Of a stretch of DNA of 64,000 nt, positions 1 to 10,118 are shown one piece after another. The position numbers and the translations under genes are program-made. The stretch is from Thermoproteota archaeon. Its GTDB lineage: Archaea > Korarchaeota > Korarchaeia > Korarchaeales > JAOZGB01. Under the pieces are notes generated by a model, which ran no database searches, was not told the origin of the DNA, and saw only the letters and a program-made list of their open reading frames with translations. The DNA lies in contig JAVCBU010000006.1 in NCBI GenBank assembly GCA_037917685.1, positions 352,001 through 416,000 of the forward strand, in the 5' to 3' direction. The number at the start of each line of letters is the position of its first letter. Within the stretch, counting starts at the first letter, position 1.

Positions 1-1975
1 TCGCGATTATAGGTATAAGCTCCTCCTTAATGCCATGCATTACCCTAATTCTAAGCTTTCTTAGTTTCTCATATACATCTTTAACTCTGAAGAGCCTCGC
101 TAATTCACCCATGCTGTATAAGAGCCACTGGCATGCTTCAACTATCCTGTAAACATCTCCAGGCTGAAGACCTAGCTCCGCTTCAATCCATGCTTCGGAA
201 GCTTCCATTATCCACGCCTTCATTGTTACTGCTGCTTTCGTTCCCATCATGAATTCTTCATAATCCTCTATCTCGTCAAACTTATATGGTACATCTATAA
301 GTAAATGATCCCTGTAATCCTCCAGATATGATTCTAGCAGTTCGTCATCTCCTGACCTTAGGAATGGCTTGTCCATGTCCGGTGTTATGCAGACTGCGTG
401 TAGAAGGCTAAAATCATTAATCTTAACCTCACTGCTACGCTTCAAACACTCCCTTAAAATTATAGCCGTAGATGGGGATATATAGAGTTGTGAGGTTCTA
501 AGCCCGAACCTCGTCGGCTTAAAAATCCTATCTCCCCTTATAAAACCGTTATCTTTCAGATACTCTAAAATGTTTTCAACGTCAAACTTAACCCTGCTTA
601 ACCCCTCTTGTACAGCTAGGAGGGTGTTTTTTAATATTCTAAGGATTCCTCTTCTCCCGGTGCTCTCCAATATGCATATAAGTGAAAGTACATGGGATGG
701 TAAGACATTTGGGTTTCTAAGATTTGATTTTATAGGTTCTGGCTCACCTTTGACATAATAGTCTATGAATCTCTCCATATCCCTTTTATTTCTCGCCACG
801 ATTATTGCTTCCCCATACTCGTCATACTGGGGCCTACCAGCCCTTCCAGCCATCTGTTTATACTCCATAACTGGTATAAGACCTCCTCCTAACGCGGAGA
901 ACCTATATAGGCTGTGAATAACAACTCTACGTGCTGGCAGATTTACGCCTGCTGCGAGGGTGGGTGTGGCGCAGAGCACCTTTATAAATCCTCTTCTAAA
1001 ACCCTCTTCAACCACTTTCCTGACGCTGTATGGTATGCCAGCATGGTGGAACGCTACACCAGCGGGGATGCATGAGGCAAGTTTTTCAATAATCTCAGTG
1101 CGCGGCTGTCCTGCTCTAAGCCTTTCAGACGCGTTCCATAACCAATCATTGCTTTCAATGACCCCTAGGAGCTTTTCAGAATATTTGAACGCTGCGTTGA
1201 CCGCCATACTTCTTGTATTGTAGAATATTAGTATTTGCCCTCCTTCTTCAAGTTCGTCAAAGATCAGGTTCAAAACCGGGTCCTCTACACCATCGCTGAT
1301 TCTCTCTACTCTTCCGTCTTCAAAGTATAATTTTCCCCGATAATACACCCCCTCACGTAGAGGAACAGGTCTCCAGCTTGTGGATATATATTTGGCTTTA
1401 AGCCATTTGCTTATCTCGTCAGGGTTTCTGACAGTAGCGCTTAAAGCGATTATTCTAACATTAGGTTTCATATACATAAGTTTGGCAACTGTGAGTTCGA
1501 GTGTTGGTCCTCTCTCCCTGCTTGACACGGTGTGAACCTCGTCGAGTACCACGTCTGTGATCCTTTCAAGCCATGTAGGTTTATGCCTTATAATTGAGTC
1601 AAATTTTTCATATGTCATTATCACTATGTCCGAGTCAGAAAGTCTCGCCTCCTTCGAATCATAATCTCCTACACTCATGGCTACTCTGGCAAATTTGCCG
1701 TATCTAGACTTTAATAGCTCGTACTTTTCGGATGCTAGGGCTCTTAAAGGTACGAGGTATATACAGACGCCTCCCCTCTCTAGGACTGACTTCATGATGG
1801 AGACTTCAGCTATTAACGTTTTTCCGCTAGCAGTCGGGGTGCAAACAAGCCAGTTACCACCATCTGCAACCCCTTTGGCGAAAGCCTCCTCTTGAGGCGG
1901 GTAGAGCTCTCTTATCCCATCTTTAAGTAGGACATCTATTACTTTTCGGGGTATTTTAAGTTGGGAAATTAACAT
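1..1975 (-). CDS. hel308: Hel308/Ski2-like DEAD/DEAH-box helicase (3' end runs off the window)
   Basis: Not in the ORF track. Manual translation from ATG at 1975: MLISQLKIPRKVIDVLLKDGIRELYPPQ...CTPTASGKTLIAE (Q motif, Walker A), DEVH, ALSAT, GVAFHHAG, TPTLAAGVNLPAR, QMAGRAGRPQYD. Confidence 0.93.
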   Translation of the reverse strand, partial: MLISQLKIPRKVIDVLLKDGIRELYPPQEEAFAKGVADGGNWLVCTPTASGKTLIAEVSIMKSVLERGGVCIYLVPLRALASEKYELLKSRYGKFARVAMSVGDYDSKEARLSDSDIVIMTYEKFDSIIRHKPTWLERITDVVLDEVHTVSSRERGPTLELTVAKLMYMKPNVRIIALSATVRNPDEISKWLKAKYISTSWRPVPLREGVYYRGKLYFEDGRVERISDGVEDPVLNLIFDELEEGGQILIFYNTRSMAVNAAFKYSEKLLGVIESNDWLWNASERLRAGQPRTEIIEKLASCIPAGVAFHHAGIPYSVRKVVEEGFRRGFIKVLCATPTLAAGVNLPARRVVIHSLYRFSALGGGLIPVMEYKQMAGRAGRPQYDEYGEAIIVARNKRDMERFIDYYVKGEPEPIKSNLRNPNVLPSHVLSLICILESTGRRGILRILKNTLLAVQEGLSRVKFDVENILEYLKDNGFIRGDRIFKPTRFGLRTSQLYISPSTAIILRECLKRSSEVKINDFSLLHAVCITPDMDKPFLRSGDDELLESYLEDYRDHLLIDVPYKFDEIEDYEEFMMGTKAAVTMKAWIMEASEAWIEAELGLQPGDVYRIVEACQWLLYSMGELARLFRVKDVYEKLRKLRIRVMHGIKEELIPIIA

Positions 1976-1976
1976 G

Positions 1977-4900
1977 TTAACTCTCTTCTGCTGGTTTGAA
2001 ATACCCTGCTCTTGGCATATATAGGTTTCCGGTCTCCCTTAGCTCGTCGATAAGTTCTTTAACCATCTTTTCCGTGTATCCTATTCTCTTCACCTTCAAC
2101 TCGTCCATTACAGCTTTTATAAGCTCCCCTCTCGAGACACCCTCATCCTTTCCTTTGGAAAGCTCACGGGCCTTCTCCATTATTATATTGGATACAAGCA
2201 TCTTTGAATGTCTATGGCCGTCTAACATGTGTATATCGAAGCCCCTGATGCTCACATCATAAGCTACTGTTCTAAGCATATAATTCATAAGCTCTATGGC
2301 AGCCTCTGCATCCTCGATATCCACTGTTTCCTTGAGCAGCATTTTCGCATGTGCCTCCGCCAGCCTTATAAGAGCCTCAAGCTGCCTGGGAGTTATAGGT
2401 ATCGGAGTTTCGCCTTCATACATAGCTTCGCTCTGGGGAGTTTGCATTCTCAATGTCAGATAGTACTCTTTTATTCTCTCTACAGCCCTTCGACTGACCT
2501 TAGGCCTTATCCTCCTTGCGAATGCTATGTATTTCTTCAAGGTTTCAGAGTCCATGATAGGCTTCGCCATAGGGTTTACACCTATATGTGTGTCAACTAT
2601 GTGTTCAGCTATAGCCCTATCCCTCTCGATCTCCGGTCTGTCCTCCATAACAAAGATAAGGTCAAACCTAGAGAGTATGGTGGGCGGTAAGTTTATATTC
2701 TCAGCTACAGACTTTGTTGAAATCCACCTTCCACCCTTAGGATTGGCAGCTGCTATTATAGTTGTCCTCGCATTTAGGGTGGATATTATCCCGGCCTTAG
2801 CCACCGAAATAGTCTGTTGCTCCATAGCCTCATGTATCGCAACACGGTCGTTCTCCCCCATCTTATCAAACTCATCGATGCATGCGATTCCCCCGTCAGC
2901 TATGACAAGCGCGCCAGCCTCAAGACTCCACCCCCCTGTAAACGGGTCCCTAACAACCGCCGCCGTCAACCCCGCTGCCGTAGCTCCCTTACCTGTGGTA
3001 TACAGCCCTCTGGGTGCAAGCTGTGAGACATACTTCAGTATCTGACTGTTATGTACGAATACCCCGTTCGCTATGAAGTTGTGAGTTTTTTCAACTTGGA
3101 TATCGTAAACCCATTCATCACTGCTTTCCTCGCAGATAGACACAACTTCATCCCAGTAGATGTCTGTGTTAATTTGAGTTTCTAGCTCTTTAAGACTCCA
3201 TGGGATGTCAAACGGATTTGTAACATTTTCCTTAAGCGTTCTAACTATGCTGCGAAGGGTTTCCCTGGGGACCGGTCTCTTCCCAGATTCATATCTCTGC
3301 AGTGAAGTTTTCGGGATATTAAACTCATCCATCGAAATAGCCAAGCTTTGTCTCGCATCTCTTATTAGCCCGCCGACTCCTGGGATCACATCTCTCGGGC
3401 TGGTGTTTAGGGAAGCCCTACGGCTTATCCTTCTCAAGGTTTTAAGTCTAGCCTCGTATGCTGTGCCTACCTCTTCAATAAACTTTTTAATGTATCGTCC
3501 TCTTATCTTCAGCTTTATATAGTTTCCTTCGTCTTCAACGACAGCTATGATCCTATGCGACAGGAGAAGGTGTCTTATCTGTTCAATGAAGTCCCTGCTT
3601 GCACTAACTATGTGCATCTGGCCTCTCCTTACTGAAAGCTTTCCAGCAGCGTCGAAGAACGTCCTAAGGAAAGCTCTTGTCTCGTCGAGACTGCCGGACA
3701 TTACAAATGGTGGAACTCTCTTCTTACCCTTGTATATTCCACACTGGTCTAGTAAGACCTCTATGTCCGGACTATAAATCGATACCTCCACTTTAAGCCC
3801 TTCATAGTTACCATCGATTTTAACATTACGTAGGTTTCTTTTCGCAAGATATAAAATACTATTAACAAGGCTTTTCGGGCATGAAATCACTGCCCCCTTA
3901 AGTCCCCCCTTCTTTGACGGCTTTCCAGCCGCGATAAGATATCCAGCGATCGCTGCAAGCCCTACATTTTTACCATTTTTTCCACGGGGGATATAATAGG
4001 GTGTGGCGATAAACATCCTAGGTTTCAGCTCGGATGCTCTAATCCTTGTTATCTTACCATTTTCACAGGTGAAGAAGGGATGAGTCGGAGTTACCCTTAT
4101 GATCCTCCCAGTCTTGGTTTTTACCTTCAGAATTTTCCCGGGCGATCTTCTTTTCAACACCACAGTCGACAAGGCATCGCTAACCTTTCCCTCCGCATTC
4201 ATGGTTTTTAACATCAGTTTACCCCTGGCAGCATGACCATCATCTAGGGGTATCCTGTCCTTCGAGAGGAGATCGTTAACAATTTCGTCGACTCTCACCA
4301 GGCTTCCATCACTCATTACAATCATGGATTCTCCAGTGACACATTTAGCAGTGCCGGGATCCCCTACCAACAGTATGTTGATTTCACCCTTGACCCTTGT
4401 CCCATCTTCAAATACTTTAGCGTTTCCACCGAACAAGGCAAGGGCTATCGCCTTTTTGATGTAGCCCCAGTTATGTATTGAGGGAGCTATCGATCTAATT
4501 ATTGCCTCCTTAAGCCTTTCTCTGTCTCTAGCAAGCTCCATAAACCTTCTTTCATCCTCCTCCGTTACCTCTATTCTCTCGTATTCCCTCGTCTCATGAA
4601 TTATATTGTTAACCTTAATGTAGCTTGTATATAGTGTACCTCTTCCCCTAAATCGTTTCCCGCTTTCTCTAAGAAGGTCTAGGATTCCTATTACGGTAAC
4701 CCTGTCGCCGGGCTTAACCTCGTCAACGATGTCGTCAAGCAAGACACAGTCTACGTATCTAGGCATAGCTCCTGGAGAGAGTTCTTCAGGCTTCTCCTGA
4801 ATCCTTATTACCTGCCAGTTTACAAACTTGCTTAGGTTCTCATCAAGTTCAAACTTGTTATTGTTGCATTCGTCACATACCACTGGCTTCTTCAGCCCGG

Positions 4901-5369
4901 GGCCCGCTTGCTTCACTCGCACTACATTTCCACAATCCGGATTTGTGCATCTGAAAGCTGCTTCTTCGAGAAGCCTGAGTACAGGGGTGCATCGCGTTAC
5001 AATTCCCGAGAGACATATTAGTTTACCGGGTAAGATGAGGTTCAAATCTTTAAAGGAGTGTATCTTTGGAGGATCTACAATCCTCACATGAAACTTCTTA
5101 TTAACGGAATACTCGTAGTCTATCAGGGCAACTATCCTACTTAGAGCCTTGCTCGCTTCCTCAACGAATCTCTGAGGTTCACATATGAAAACCTCAGAAA
5201 GCTCTGGGTCATAGCTCCTAATATGCTGGTAGGATACCTCTAGGCTTCTTTTTTCATCTCTAATCATGTCTCCAACTTTCTCGAAGTATAATAGCTTTCC
5301 CTTCTCATCCCTAAATGACCTAATAAACTCTTCAAACTCACTTGATATTTGTTTGAGCGCGCTCTCCAA
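1977..5369 (-). CDS. mcm: Replicative helicase MCM, intein-containing (698 aa extein)
   Basis: Zn finger CTNPDC...CDEC, IQEKPEE, Walker A GDPGTAK/S split by the intein, IDEFDKM, AAANP, SRFDL, TPRQLEALIRLAEA, C-terminal WH. Confidence 0.97.
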   Translation of the reverse strand: MESALKQISSEFEEFIRSFRDEKGKLLYFEKVGDMIRDEKRSLEVSYQHIRSYDPELSEVFICEPQRFVEEASKALSRIVALIDYEYSVNKKFHVRIVDPPKIHSFKDLNLILPGKLICLSGIVTRCTPVLRLLEEAAFRCTNPDCGNVVRVKQAGPGLKKPVVCDECNNNKFELDENLSKFVNWQVIRIQEKPEELSPGAMPRYVDCVLLDDIVDEVKPGDRVTVIGILDLLRESGKRFRGRGTLYTSYIKVNNIIHETREYERIEVTEEDERRFMELARDRERLKEAIIRSIAPSIHNWGYIKKAIALALFGGNAKVFEDGTRVKGEINILLVGDPGTAKCVTGESMIVMSDGSLVRVDEIVNDLLSKDRIPLDDGHAARGKLMLKTMNAEGKVSDALSTVVLKRRSPGKILKVKTKTGRIIRVTPTHPFFTCENGKITRIRASELKPRMFIATPYYIPRGKNGKNVGLAAIAGYLIAAGKPSKKGGLKGAVISCPKSLVNSILYLAKRNLRNVKIDGNYEGLKVEVSIYSPDIEVLLDQCGIYKGKKRVPPFVMSGSLDETRAFLRTFFDAAGKLSVRRGQMHIVSASRDFIEQIRHLLLSHRIIAVVEDEGNYIKLKIRGRYIKKFIEEVGTAYEARLKTLRRISRRASLNTSPRDVIPGVGGLIRDARQSLAISMDEFNIPKTSLQRYESGKRPVPRETLRSIVRTLKENVTNPFDIPWSLKELETQINTDIYWDEVVSICEESSDEWVYDIQVEKTHNFIANGVFVHNSQILKYVSQLAPRGLYTTGKGATAAGLTAAVVRDPFTGGWSLEAGALVIADGGIACIDEFDKMGENDRVAIHEAMEQQTISVAKAGIISTLNARTTIIAAANPKGGRWISTKSVAENINLPPTILSRFDLIFVMEDRPEIERDRAIAEHIVDTHIGVNPMAKPIMDSETLKKYIAFARRIRPKVSRRAVERIKEYYLTLRMQTPQSEAMYEGETPIPITPRQLEALIRLAEAHAKMLLKETVDIEDAEAAIELMNYMLRTVAYDVSIRGFDIHMLDGHRHSKMLVSNIIMEKARELSKGKDEGVSRGELIKAVMDELKVKRIGYTEKMVKELIDELRETGNLYMPRAGYFKPAEES
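3048..4343 (-). mobile_element. Intein (432 aa) in the MCM Walker A, with LAGLIDADG-like homing endonuclease and XRE-type HTH
   Basis: Starts with C(VTGES) right after GDPGTAK; block B TPTHPF; block F VYDIQV; ends FVHN before S(QILKYV). Central motifs IAGYLIAAG and FLRTFFDAAG. Confidence 0.95.
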
Positions 5370-5895
5370 TAGTTTCCCTCAGGACACCCTGAACCCAGGC
5401 AGAAATTAAATCCTTTAATTTATAAAGCAATACAGCCTCCTCATCAGTAACATTTAGGCTGTCAATGTTAACATCCCCAGGTATCATAGCAAGCCTTACA
5501 ATCTTTTGAAGCCTCAAAAAAACTAATTCTTCCAAATCTCTCTTAACCTTCTTCTTCTCCTCATCTGTAAGATTTCTCGAGAGAAGTTTAACCTCCAGGT
5601 AAAAGTTCTTCGAGAGAGGGTTCAATTTTGTCCTTCCGCTGAATCTTTCCCCATCAACGTAGCTACCGAGCATTTTAAGCTCTGCCTCAGTAAGATTATA
5701 CTCGTAAACAGCCTTCCCATCGTCGACAAGCTTAAAAGCCAGCCAAAGGGGTAGAGTTACCACATCTCCCTCTCCGTACTGCTCATTGAAGATTCCACTA
5801 ACATACTTGGCCCCCTCCTCTGTCAGTCTGACCTTTACAGGTCTGAAATCTCCAAGTAAAAGCTTTAACACCTGCAACCTAAAACTATTGATCAT
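5338..5895 (-). CDS. gins23: GINS complex subunit, Gins23 type
   Basis: N-terminal B domain (GDVVTLPLWLA), LSKNFY, RLQKIVRLA, T.EE; overlaps the mcm start as in the known gins23-mcm operons. Confidence 0.85.
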   Translation of the reverse strand: MINSFRLQVLKLLLGDFRPVKVRLTEEGAKYVSGIFNEQYGEGDVVTLPLWLAFKLVDDGKAVYEYNLTEAELKMLGSYVDGERFSGRTKLNPLSKNFYLEVKLLSRNLTDEEKKKVKRDLEELVFLRLQKIVRLAMIPGDVNIDSLNVTDEEAVLLYKLKDLISAWVQGVLRETIGERAQTNIK

Positions 5896-6010
5896 GTGGC
5901 TAATAAAACTTTTTACGTCAACAATTACGATGAAGTTTTACGTGAGCATTAGCGCGCGCTTTACAGCTATCATCCTTTAGAATTTAATATTGGCTGTAGA
6001 TTAGTATAGC

Positions 6011-6325
6011 CTACCGTTGGATGTTTTGCTGGGCGTTGAACTTACGGAGTTTAAAGATTTGGTAAGGAATATTTGCCAGCAAAGCGAAAAAGAAAAATAG
6101 ACCGATGGGGTTCATTTCTAAAGCCTCTCTTATTCTAAGATGTCCTGTAAGGACAAAGCTTCTTGTAGACCCACAGAGTGGGCAGGGCTTACCTGTGATT
6201 GTTCTATAAGGACATGTTATTACTGTTATGGGAAGCTCTCCGTTATCACTGATCGGCATAAATACCCCAAAGAGTACTCCAACGAGGGAAAAAATAAGGG
6301 AGAGAGTTCTCTCCTCGTGCACCAT
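6011..6325 (-). CDS. DUF2752-type small membrane protein
   Basis: CPYRTITGKPCPLCGSTRS...A...NP motif flanked by TM segments. Confidence 0.8.
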   Translation of the reverse strand: MVHEERTLSLIFSLVGVLFGVFMPISDNGELPITVITCPYRTITGKPCPLCGSTRSFVLTGHLRIREALEMNPIGLFFFFALLANIPYQIFKLRKFNAQQNIQR

Positions 6326-6326
6326 T

Positions 6327-7250
6327 CTAGACCACTACGGTCTTCCTCTTATCGTAGTATATCATCGTTAGAACTACTGCAAGGTATGTCAGGAATAGTG
6401 CACCTATAAGGGATGAGACAACCGTCGACACAACTGGTATGATGACAATCCCCGTGAACATGAAAGCCACGATGAAGTATGCTACGAGTGGGAGGAAGAT
6501 GGCCGCGAATATCGTGAGGAAGTTATTTTTCCCAATGTTAAAACTCACACTTAGAGCTTCGATTGCATCGTGGTCGTCAATCATTATAGCCTGGGTGGTC
6601 AACGCCAGTAGAACAAATAGTATAATCCCTGGTATGACACACAGCAAAAGGCCGATGGTCACTGCAACTGCTACAACGATTCCTGCAATTACCAGGGGAA
6701 CTATCTTCCCCAGCGCCTCGGAAAACGTTAAGCTAAGGTCGATAGGCCGGCCCTGCAATCCGTGTGATACCATTGCTACCGTCCATCCTTCAAGTATCCT
6801 GTATATCAGGAATACTAGGAAAGTGTACAGTATTATGGCTGAACCTATAAAGCCGAACCCTCCTAAACCATACTGTGGTGGAGCCGGTCCAGGTCTAGGC
6901 CAGCCTGTGAGGGTCGCTCCTAAGATGGCTAGAGATATGATCGATGTTAAGATTGCAGCCGCTATGAAGGGTACGAAAACTATGTAGTTGGCGGTGCAAA
7001 AGCGGAAAGCATCACTTAGAATATCAAATACACCCCTCTCCGGCTGTGCATACACTGTTGGAGGTGGTGCGTGAGGCGGCGTGGGCGGCGGGGCTGGTGT
7101 AGGAGCTGGCGCGCCTGCCCTCTGTATCTCTGCAAGTTGAGCTTCATACTTTGCTTTTAGCTCTCTATACGTTTCAGATGATATTTTGCCTTCAATATAC
7201 GATTCCTCAAGTTTCCTTATAAGTTCCTTTAACCTTTCTTCCTCGGACAT
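6327..7250 (-). CDS. Multi-pass membrane protein with N-terminal SHOCT-like helices and Pro-rich linker
   Basis: LEESYIEGKISSETYRELK, PAPTPAPPPTPP linker, about 5-6 TM helices including GLLLCVIPGI. Confidence 0.7.
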   Translation of the reverse strand: MSEEERLKELIRKLEESYIEGKISSETYRELKAKYEAQLAEIQRAGAPAPTPAPPPTPPHAPPPTVYAQPERGVFDILSDAFRFCTANYIVFVPFIAAAILTSIISLAILGATLTGWPRPGPAPPQYGLGGFGFIGSAIILYTFLVFLIYRILEGWTVAMVSHGLQGRPIDLSLTFSEALGKIVPLVIAGIVVAVAVTIGLLLCVIPGIILFVLLALTTQAIMIDDHDAIEALSVSFNIGKNNFLTIFAAIFLPLVAYFIVAFMFTGIVIIPVVSTVVSSLIGALFLTYLAVVLTMIYYDKRKTVVV

Positions 7251-7314
7251 CGTATCTCATAATCTACCGAAATGGTACACTTTTAAAAATACTGTATCTA
7301 TGGTTCAATTATCT

Positions 7315-7584
7315 ATGAAGATAGATGAGATATTCTCAAGCAAGGGGAGAGTAACCATACTTGTCAAGTTAGCGATCAACGGCGAACTATACATTTCAGA
7401 GCTTGCGCGACACTCGAAAATAAGTGTAGAATCTGTCAGGTCGCACCTTAAAAAACTTAAGGGCCTCAAAATTGTTAGCTACAAGGTTGTGGGAAACAAA
7501 AAAGTTTACATGTTAAACAAGCAAAACCCGTATGCTAGAGAAATAGAGGACTTCATCCTCAAATGGTATAGAAGGAAAAATTGA
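7315..7584 (+). CDS. ArsR-like winged-helix transcription regulator
   Basis: IFSSKGRVTIL...GELYISELARH...VRSHLKKLK...G.KKVY; start moved to ATG 7315 to avoid overlap with the divergent gene. Confidence 0.8.
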   Translation: MKIDEIFSSKGRVTILVKLAINGELYISELARHSKISVESVRSHLKKLKGLKIVSYKVVGNKKVYMLNKQNPYAREIEDFILKWYRRKN

Positions 7585-7616
7585 TAACTTCCAAATAGTA
7601 TAACTAAACGGTAACG

Positions 7617-8267
7617 ATGATAGAATTTAAAGGAATAAAAATATACTGGCTTGGACACGCAGGCTTCAAGATTAAAAACAATCTGACAATATACACAGAT
7701 CCCTACATGATACAACCAGGCGAGACAGGAGACCTAATCCTTATAACCCATGATCACTTCGATCACCTCTCTATAGAAGACATTTCAAAAGTATCCGGCG
7801 AAGAAACAATCATCGTTGCGCCCAAACACTGTGAAAGCAAGCTTTCTGGAAAATTTCAGTCTAGAATAGTAAGCCCTGGGGATACATTAGAGGTTAAGGG
7901 AGTGAAAATAAAAGCTGTTCCGGCCTATAATGTTAACCCCGACAGGCTCGGGTTTCACCCACGTGGGAAAGGATATGTAGGCTACATCATAGGGCTAGAC
8001 GGGGTAAAAATATACCATGCCGGGGACACCGATTTCATACCTGAAATGAAGAGCATAAACGTTGACGTTGCCCTCCTACCAGTAAGTGGAACCTACGTTA
8101 TGGACTACAAGGAGGCCGCAGAAGCCGCAATGGCAATCAAACCTGAACTTGCTATTCCAATGCACTACGGAGCAATAGTAGGCGGGCTGGGAGACGCTGA
8201 AAAGTTTAAAGAGACCGTGATAAAGAAGGGTATAAGAGTTGAAATCCTAGAGAAGGAGAAACCTTGA
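7617..8267 (+). CDS. MBL-fold metal-dependent hydrolase
   Basis: WLGHAGF, THDHFDH, YHAGDT, IPMHYG. Confidence 0.92.
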   Translation: MIEFKGIKIYWLGHAGFKIKNNLTIYTDPYMIQPGETGDLILITHDHFDHLSIEDISKVSGEETIIVAPKHCESKLSGKFQSRIVSPGDTLEVKGVKIKAVPAYNVNPDRLGFHPRGKGYVGYIIGLDGVKIYHAGDTDFIPEMKSINVDVALLPVSGTYVMDYKEAAEAAMAIKPELAIPMHYGAIVGGLGDAEKFKETVIKKGIRVEILEKEKP

Positions 8268-9418
8268 AGCTTGCAGTAGTAGGAGCCGGTAATATAGGAT
8301 TTAAGCTAGCGGAAGCCGCAAGTGAGTCGGGAAAACTTGAAGTAACAGTTATAGATAAAGACGAGGGGAGACTAAAGCTCATAAAGGAAAAGCTAGGAGT
8401 TGAAACAGTTCAGCTTGACATACTCAGAAACACACCAGTGGTAGAGGCCGCCCTAAAAGGCTTCGATATCGTATGCAGCCTACTTCCCGGCGTAATAGGG
8501 GATAGGATCTGGGCTCCAGCAATAAATGCTAGAGCCAATTTAGTAGACGTTTCATTTACAAACGCCAACCCTCTCAAACTACATAAATTGGCTTTGGAGA
8601 AGAACGTAATCTTTATACCCGATTCTGGAATAGCCCCTGGCCTCAGCAATATAATCGCAGGCAGAATATACTCGTCGGATAAGCCCCGCAGGATAAAAAT
8701 TATGGTGGGAGGCATGTCCGCAGAGTACGTGAGCCCTTTAGGGCTCTCCGCGACATGGAACATCCACGATCTTATAGAGGAATACCTAAGACCAGCTAGA
8801 CTTTTGAGAAACGGTAGATTAGTTTCTGTAAACCCGTTAGACGAGATATACCTGGTTAACATTCCAGGGATAGGAGTACTTGAGGCATTCCCAACAGATG
8901 GTTTAAGGACGATGCTTAACACGTTAACAGGCCTAGAGGAACTCGTAGAATTAACCCTCCGCTACAGGGGGCATTGTGAAAAAATGAGGTTTCTTCGAGA
9001 TATAGGATTACTGTCCAATAGAGAGATTAAAGTGGGAGGTAGACATGTGAATTCAGCCTCAGTCCTAGCAGAGCTCCTAAGACTAAGCCTGCCCACCGTT
9101 AAGGATAAACTAATTATGGTAGTCCAAGCGGAAAACCATGTTAAAAGAACATTTAAGCTTGTGCATCATGGACTACGTGGGTCAGCAATGGCTGAAGCTA
9201 CAGCTTATACAGCCATGTCTGTTATTGAGGCTATAGCCGCTGGAATCGTAGATCTAAAAGGCGTAGTCCCACCCGAAGTCCTAGGTTTTAAGCAGGAGAC
9301 CTATAACTATATAATTAGGAGGCTCTCCACCAGAGGCGTAAAGGTAGAGGAGGTGGAACCTATTGATGTGCGTCTTTCTACTAGGAACCGCAGGGTCGGG
9401 GAAGTCAACAACTGTTAG
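8264..9418 (+). CDS. Saccharopine dehydrogenase / lysine 6-dehydrogenase family protein
   Basis: GAGNIG Rossmann motif, DSGIAPGLSN, LIEEY, EAFPTDGLRT, TLRYRGH. Confidence 0.85.
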   Translation: MKLAVVGAGNIGFKLAEAASESGKLEVTVIDKDEGRLKLIKEKLGVETVQLDILRNTPVVEAALKGFDIVCSLLPGVIGDRIWAPAINARANLVDVSFTNANPLKLHKLALEKNVIFIPDSGIAPGLSNIIAGRIYSSDKPRRIKIMVGGMSAEYVSPLGLSATWNIHDLIEEYLRPARLLRNGRLVSVNPLDEIYLVNIPGIGVLEAFPTDGLRTMLNTLTGLEELVELTLRYRGHCEKMRFLRDIGLLSNREIKVGGRHVNSASVLAELLRLSLPTVKDKLIMVVQAENHVKRTFKLVHHGLRGSAMAEATAYTAMSVIEAIAAGIVDLKGVVPPEVLGFKQETYNYIIRRLSTRGVKVEEVEPIDVRLSTRNRRVGEVNNC

Positions 9419-10118
9419 AGCCCTAGCCAGATACCTCGATGAGGAAGGATTTAGTTACGCCGCTGTAAACCTTGATCCCGGCGCCGAGTATCTCCCATAT
9501 AAACCCGGATATGACGTGAGAAGAAAAGTAACTGTAAGGAAGCTTATGCTTGAGAGGGGCCTCGGACCTAATAGTGCGCAGATAGAGGCCCTAAAGATAG
9601 TCTCAGACATGATATGGAGCTTCATGCCTAAAGACGAGGTGGAATACTGTTTAATAGATACTCCGGGTCAGCTTGAGATATTTGCATTCACAAGCATAGG
9701 CCCAGCTGTAACATCAGCTATAGCAGAGCATCATAGATCCGTAGCCCTATTCCTTGTAGATGCAACCCAAACAGAATCCCTAGCGGAGATGGTTTTTATG
9801 ATATCAATGGCTAAAGCAGTCGAGCTTAGGCTCGGTATTCCATCCATCCCTGTAGTAAACAAGTCGGATCTACTGAGTGATGAAGATAAAAGAAAGATAG
9901 AAATCCTACTGTCGTTCGAAACAGAAAAACTTGAGAAGCTGATAACCGAAGAAACAGCTGGGATTATAGCTGACATAGCGGTAGGCATAGCCGGAGTACT
10001 ATCCCAGTATAGGCTGGCGGCGAGGATAGTATCAATTTCAGCCTTGAACAACACGGGGATAGCCGAAGTTTTTGATCTCATAAATGAGACAGCGTGTGTA
10101 TGCGGCGATCTAACGTAA
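9363..10118 (+). CDS. GPN-loop GTPase
   Basis: GTAGSGKST, NLDPG, GLGPN, IDTPGQLE, NKSD, SAL. Confidence 0.92.
   Translation: MMCVFLLGTAGSGKSTTVRALARYLDEEGFSYAAVNLDPGAEYLPYKPGYDVRRKVTVRKLMLERGLGPNSAQIEALKIVSDMIWSFMPKDEVEYCLIDTPGQLEIFAFTSIGPAVTSAIAEHHRSVALFLVDATQTESLAEMVFMISMAKAVELRLGIPSIPVVNKSDLLSDEDKRKIEILLSFETEKLEKLITEETAGIIADIAVGIAGVLSQYRLAARIVSISALNNTGIAEVFDLINETACVCGDLT

Noticed and set aside
9363-9418. 56-nt overlap between the dehydrogenase and GPN GTPase genes as a frameshift or fusion
   Set aside because: Both proteins appear complete; a short C-terminal run-on is the simpler explanation.
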